From: Schmidtea polychroa
Lineage: Eukaryota
Direction: 5' to 3'
Length of the DNA: 64,000 bases
NCBI GenBank assembly: GCA_044892525.1
Contig: CM097885.1
Location: 46,316,001-46,380,000 of the forward strand
The translations under genes and the position numbers were made by a program. Positions 1 through 64,000 of this stretch are shown piece after piece. The notes beneath the pieces were generated by a model. The model was not told where the DNA came from and did not search any database. It saw only the letters and a program-made list of their open reading frames with translations. How positions within the stretch are numbered: position 1 is the stretch's first letter; the number at the start of each line of letters is the position of its first letter.

Positions 1-645
1 CGAGAATCTCGTTTTTTAACCTTTTTCACTTCTCGAGAAACAAGACATAAAAAAATATACAAGTCTCGAGAATTCCCGAGACGAGATTTCTCGATCCCAA
101 TCTTTACAAATTAGCAAAAATCTAAAAGTTATGTTTGACATATGGGCTTGATAACAAATAATGAATAAGAAAATTTAACTTTCAAACGTGATTTTCTGCA
201 TTCCCGTTGTTATACGAAAAGTAGTAGTCAGTAAAAATGTAGATCTCATTAAAACCTATCATTTTCTAAGGGAAAACTTTCAAAAAACTAAAAGATTCTT
301 TTCCTGGAAAATATATAAATGTTCCTTCAAATGAATTTAAAGTTTTTTAAACGCGCGATATGTTATAGAATAATTTCTAGCTTAGATTATAGGGTTTCAC
401 TTGCCGGGTTTTGAGGCTATCTACTAGCAAGAACATTTATTAAGTAATTCTTTGAAAATTTTAGTAAATCTAATTTCTCAGTAACTTGATAATTATTAAA
501 ATCTAAATGACTGAATCATAAAAACAATTTTTGATTCCAATCAGTTTTCTGTCTATCACTTTCTACGTTTCAAAATACATTTACTTTTTTATAGATTCCA
601 TTTTAAAATCAAGACATAATTTAATAAAATTTAAATATTATCTAG

Positions 646-62365
<61,720 letters not shown>

Positions 62366-63069
62366 GTAATATGTCAATTTTTCTCTTATTTTGATTGCTT
62401 ATTTTGTTTATTGAATTTGAGAATAATAGATTTTATAAGAATTTGGGATAATTCCAAAAATGAAATTTTAAAATAAAGTTGAAAAATAATATATTTTGAT
62501 AGTACAAATTATAAGTAAGCTCTAGCTACAAAATCAAAAGAAAATAGTGTTTTAGTATTCTTTTCTAAATAATTATTCTGGTGATAATGCTTACATATTT
62601 GGTATGTTTAAACGAATTTGTTCTTCTTGTGAGAAGTAAAATTATTTTTAAACAGAGATGAGAAACTCGTAATTTTTTATTTAGTTTGCTTCATATTTCA
62701 CAAATTATTACATTTTTGGAAACACTTATGTTGAAACACTTAGTAATTATTATTTTGTTCTTTGTAGAGTTTATCAAAATTTCTTAGTTCACACTTTTGT
62801 AAAAACACCTCATAAAAAACTTATTTATTATCAATTTAAAATTTAGTTTTATACAATTTTGTTTTCAATAACAATAAATAAATTGCTTTAACACACTTAT
62901 TTAAACAAATAAAGTTTAACGACTTAATTTAAAATAACGCTACTTTAAACTAAAATCTTAGTTTTTTTACTAAATTTTATCTAAATATAATAATAAACTA
63001 TGTTTCATACATACACTAACATACACACGCATCAAACCACTCACAATAATTATTAATTAGGTAATTTAA

Positions 63070-64000
63070 ATATTAGATTACTTATATCCCCACCCCAGTT
63101 TGAAAAGGCTTTAACCAAACCAATATTCCAAATTATCGTAGAACTTGAATTATCTAACATTTCATAGCGGTTTTTATGTATTTTCTTTGTTATTTCTATG
63201 GATCCTCAGTATTGATTATCATAATTTTAGTGATTTCTTCTACTAACGGAACAAAAAATATATTTCTCATGTACTCTTTAGTCTTTTCAATACCCGCGTG
63301 ACAAAGTTATTTGTGAATTTCTTCTATAAAAGTTTTACTCTTTCCTTTTGGAATTTAAATATTATTTTCATATTTAATCAAATTGTCACTTAGCAAATAT
63401 TTGGTTGGTTCCCCCGATAATCTTTAATCGATTTCATCGACCTTATTTTGAAATATTTTCCAATATCAGGATCTTTGGTTGACCATCTGATATTTAAGTT
63501 TTTCAAAAACGTTTTGCACACTCTTCAGATCCTTGAATCTTATATTTAGTAGACGTAATTAATTTTTTCTAAAGGTTGGGATATACAGTATATCATATAC
63601 TTGAATAGTTTTTAATAAATTTCCGGTAATTGTTCGTTAGTCCTAAAAAACTACGGAGGCGTTTTCTACAATGAGGTTTTCTTATATTAATCATAGTACT
63701 AATTTTCTCAGGGTCAGTTTTAACACTATTTTTAACTCTATTTTTATCACGTGTACCAGAAATTTTAATTCTGTTACTAAAATATTACATTTATCGAAAT
63801 TGATTTTTTAATCCTGAATCGCTAATTCTTTTTTATTGACATGACAAATTATTCAAGATCTTCACCAATTGACTATATTGTTGTTTGATGAATAATCTGG
63901 AACAATTCGGATATTCCTAAGCTGTTCGTGTTCACCATGTTAAATAATTCAAAGTCTAGAAATTTTTAATACCAATTTTATGACATAACAGTTCAAGTAT
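63070..64000 (-). pseudogene. decayed Penelope-like coding remnant
   Basis: Coding-like minus-strand text with many stops, similar in style to other PLE remnants in the window. Confidence 0.3.

Noticed and set aside
1..105. CTCGAGA-rich stretch resembling the right end of a MITE
   Set aside because: The left end and TSD lie outside the window, so it cannot be confirmed.

Overview
Very AT-rich animal genomic DNA with ~40-50 nt minimal introns and abundant (AAT)n and (TA)n tracts. A planarian-type flatworm is plausible but cannot be proven from this window. The whole window lies inside one plus-strand host gene, unc-13/Munc13: 13 exons from 646 to 62365 join in one continuous reading frame and include SEDSDYTSD, EPLYYN, the calmodulin-binding W-x-x-A-F helix and SMPD...PLVSDL. 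The introns are packed with mobile DNA: a full-length hAT element with two premature stops, two Ty3/Gypsy elements with short non-TG...CA LTRs (one nested in a Merlin-type MITE, one in a Tc1 element), hAT, piggyBac and Merlin MITEs, a Helitron remnant and Penelope remnants with degenerate hammerhead motifs. The most striking feature is a 15.2-kb insertion (44008-59193) with Polinton/Maverick-type ends (AGT...ACT, 6-bp TSD TACGAT). It is almost entirely one palindrome of two ~7.3-kb arms, has no recognisable polymerase, integrase or capsid gene, and carries two mirror copies of an intron-containing IAP-type RING gene plus termini dense in transcription-factor motifs. Second, two separate antisense cassettes are mosaics of housekeeping-gene fragments (TPR/FKBP-like + eEF1A; Rab1 + proteasome alpha-1) and share a GC-rich inverted motif at their 5' ends. 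All calls were made by eye, with no database searches.
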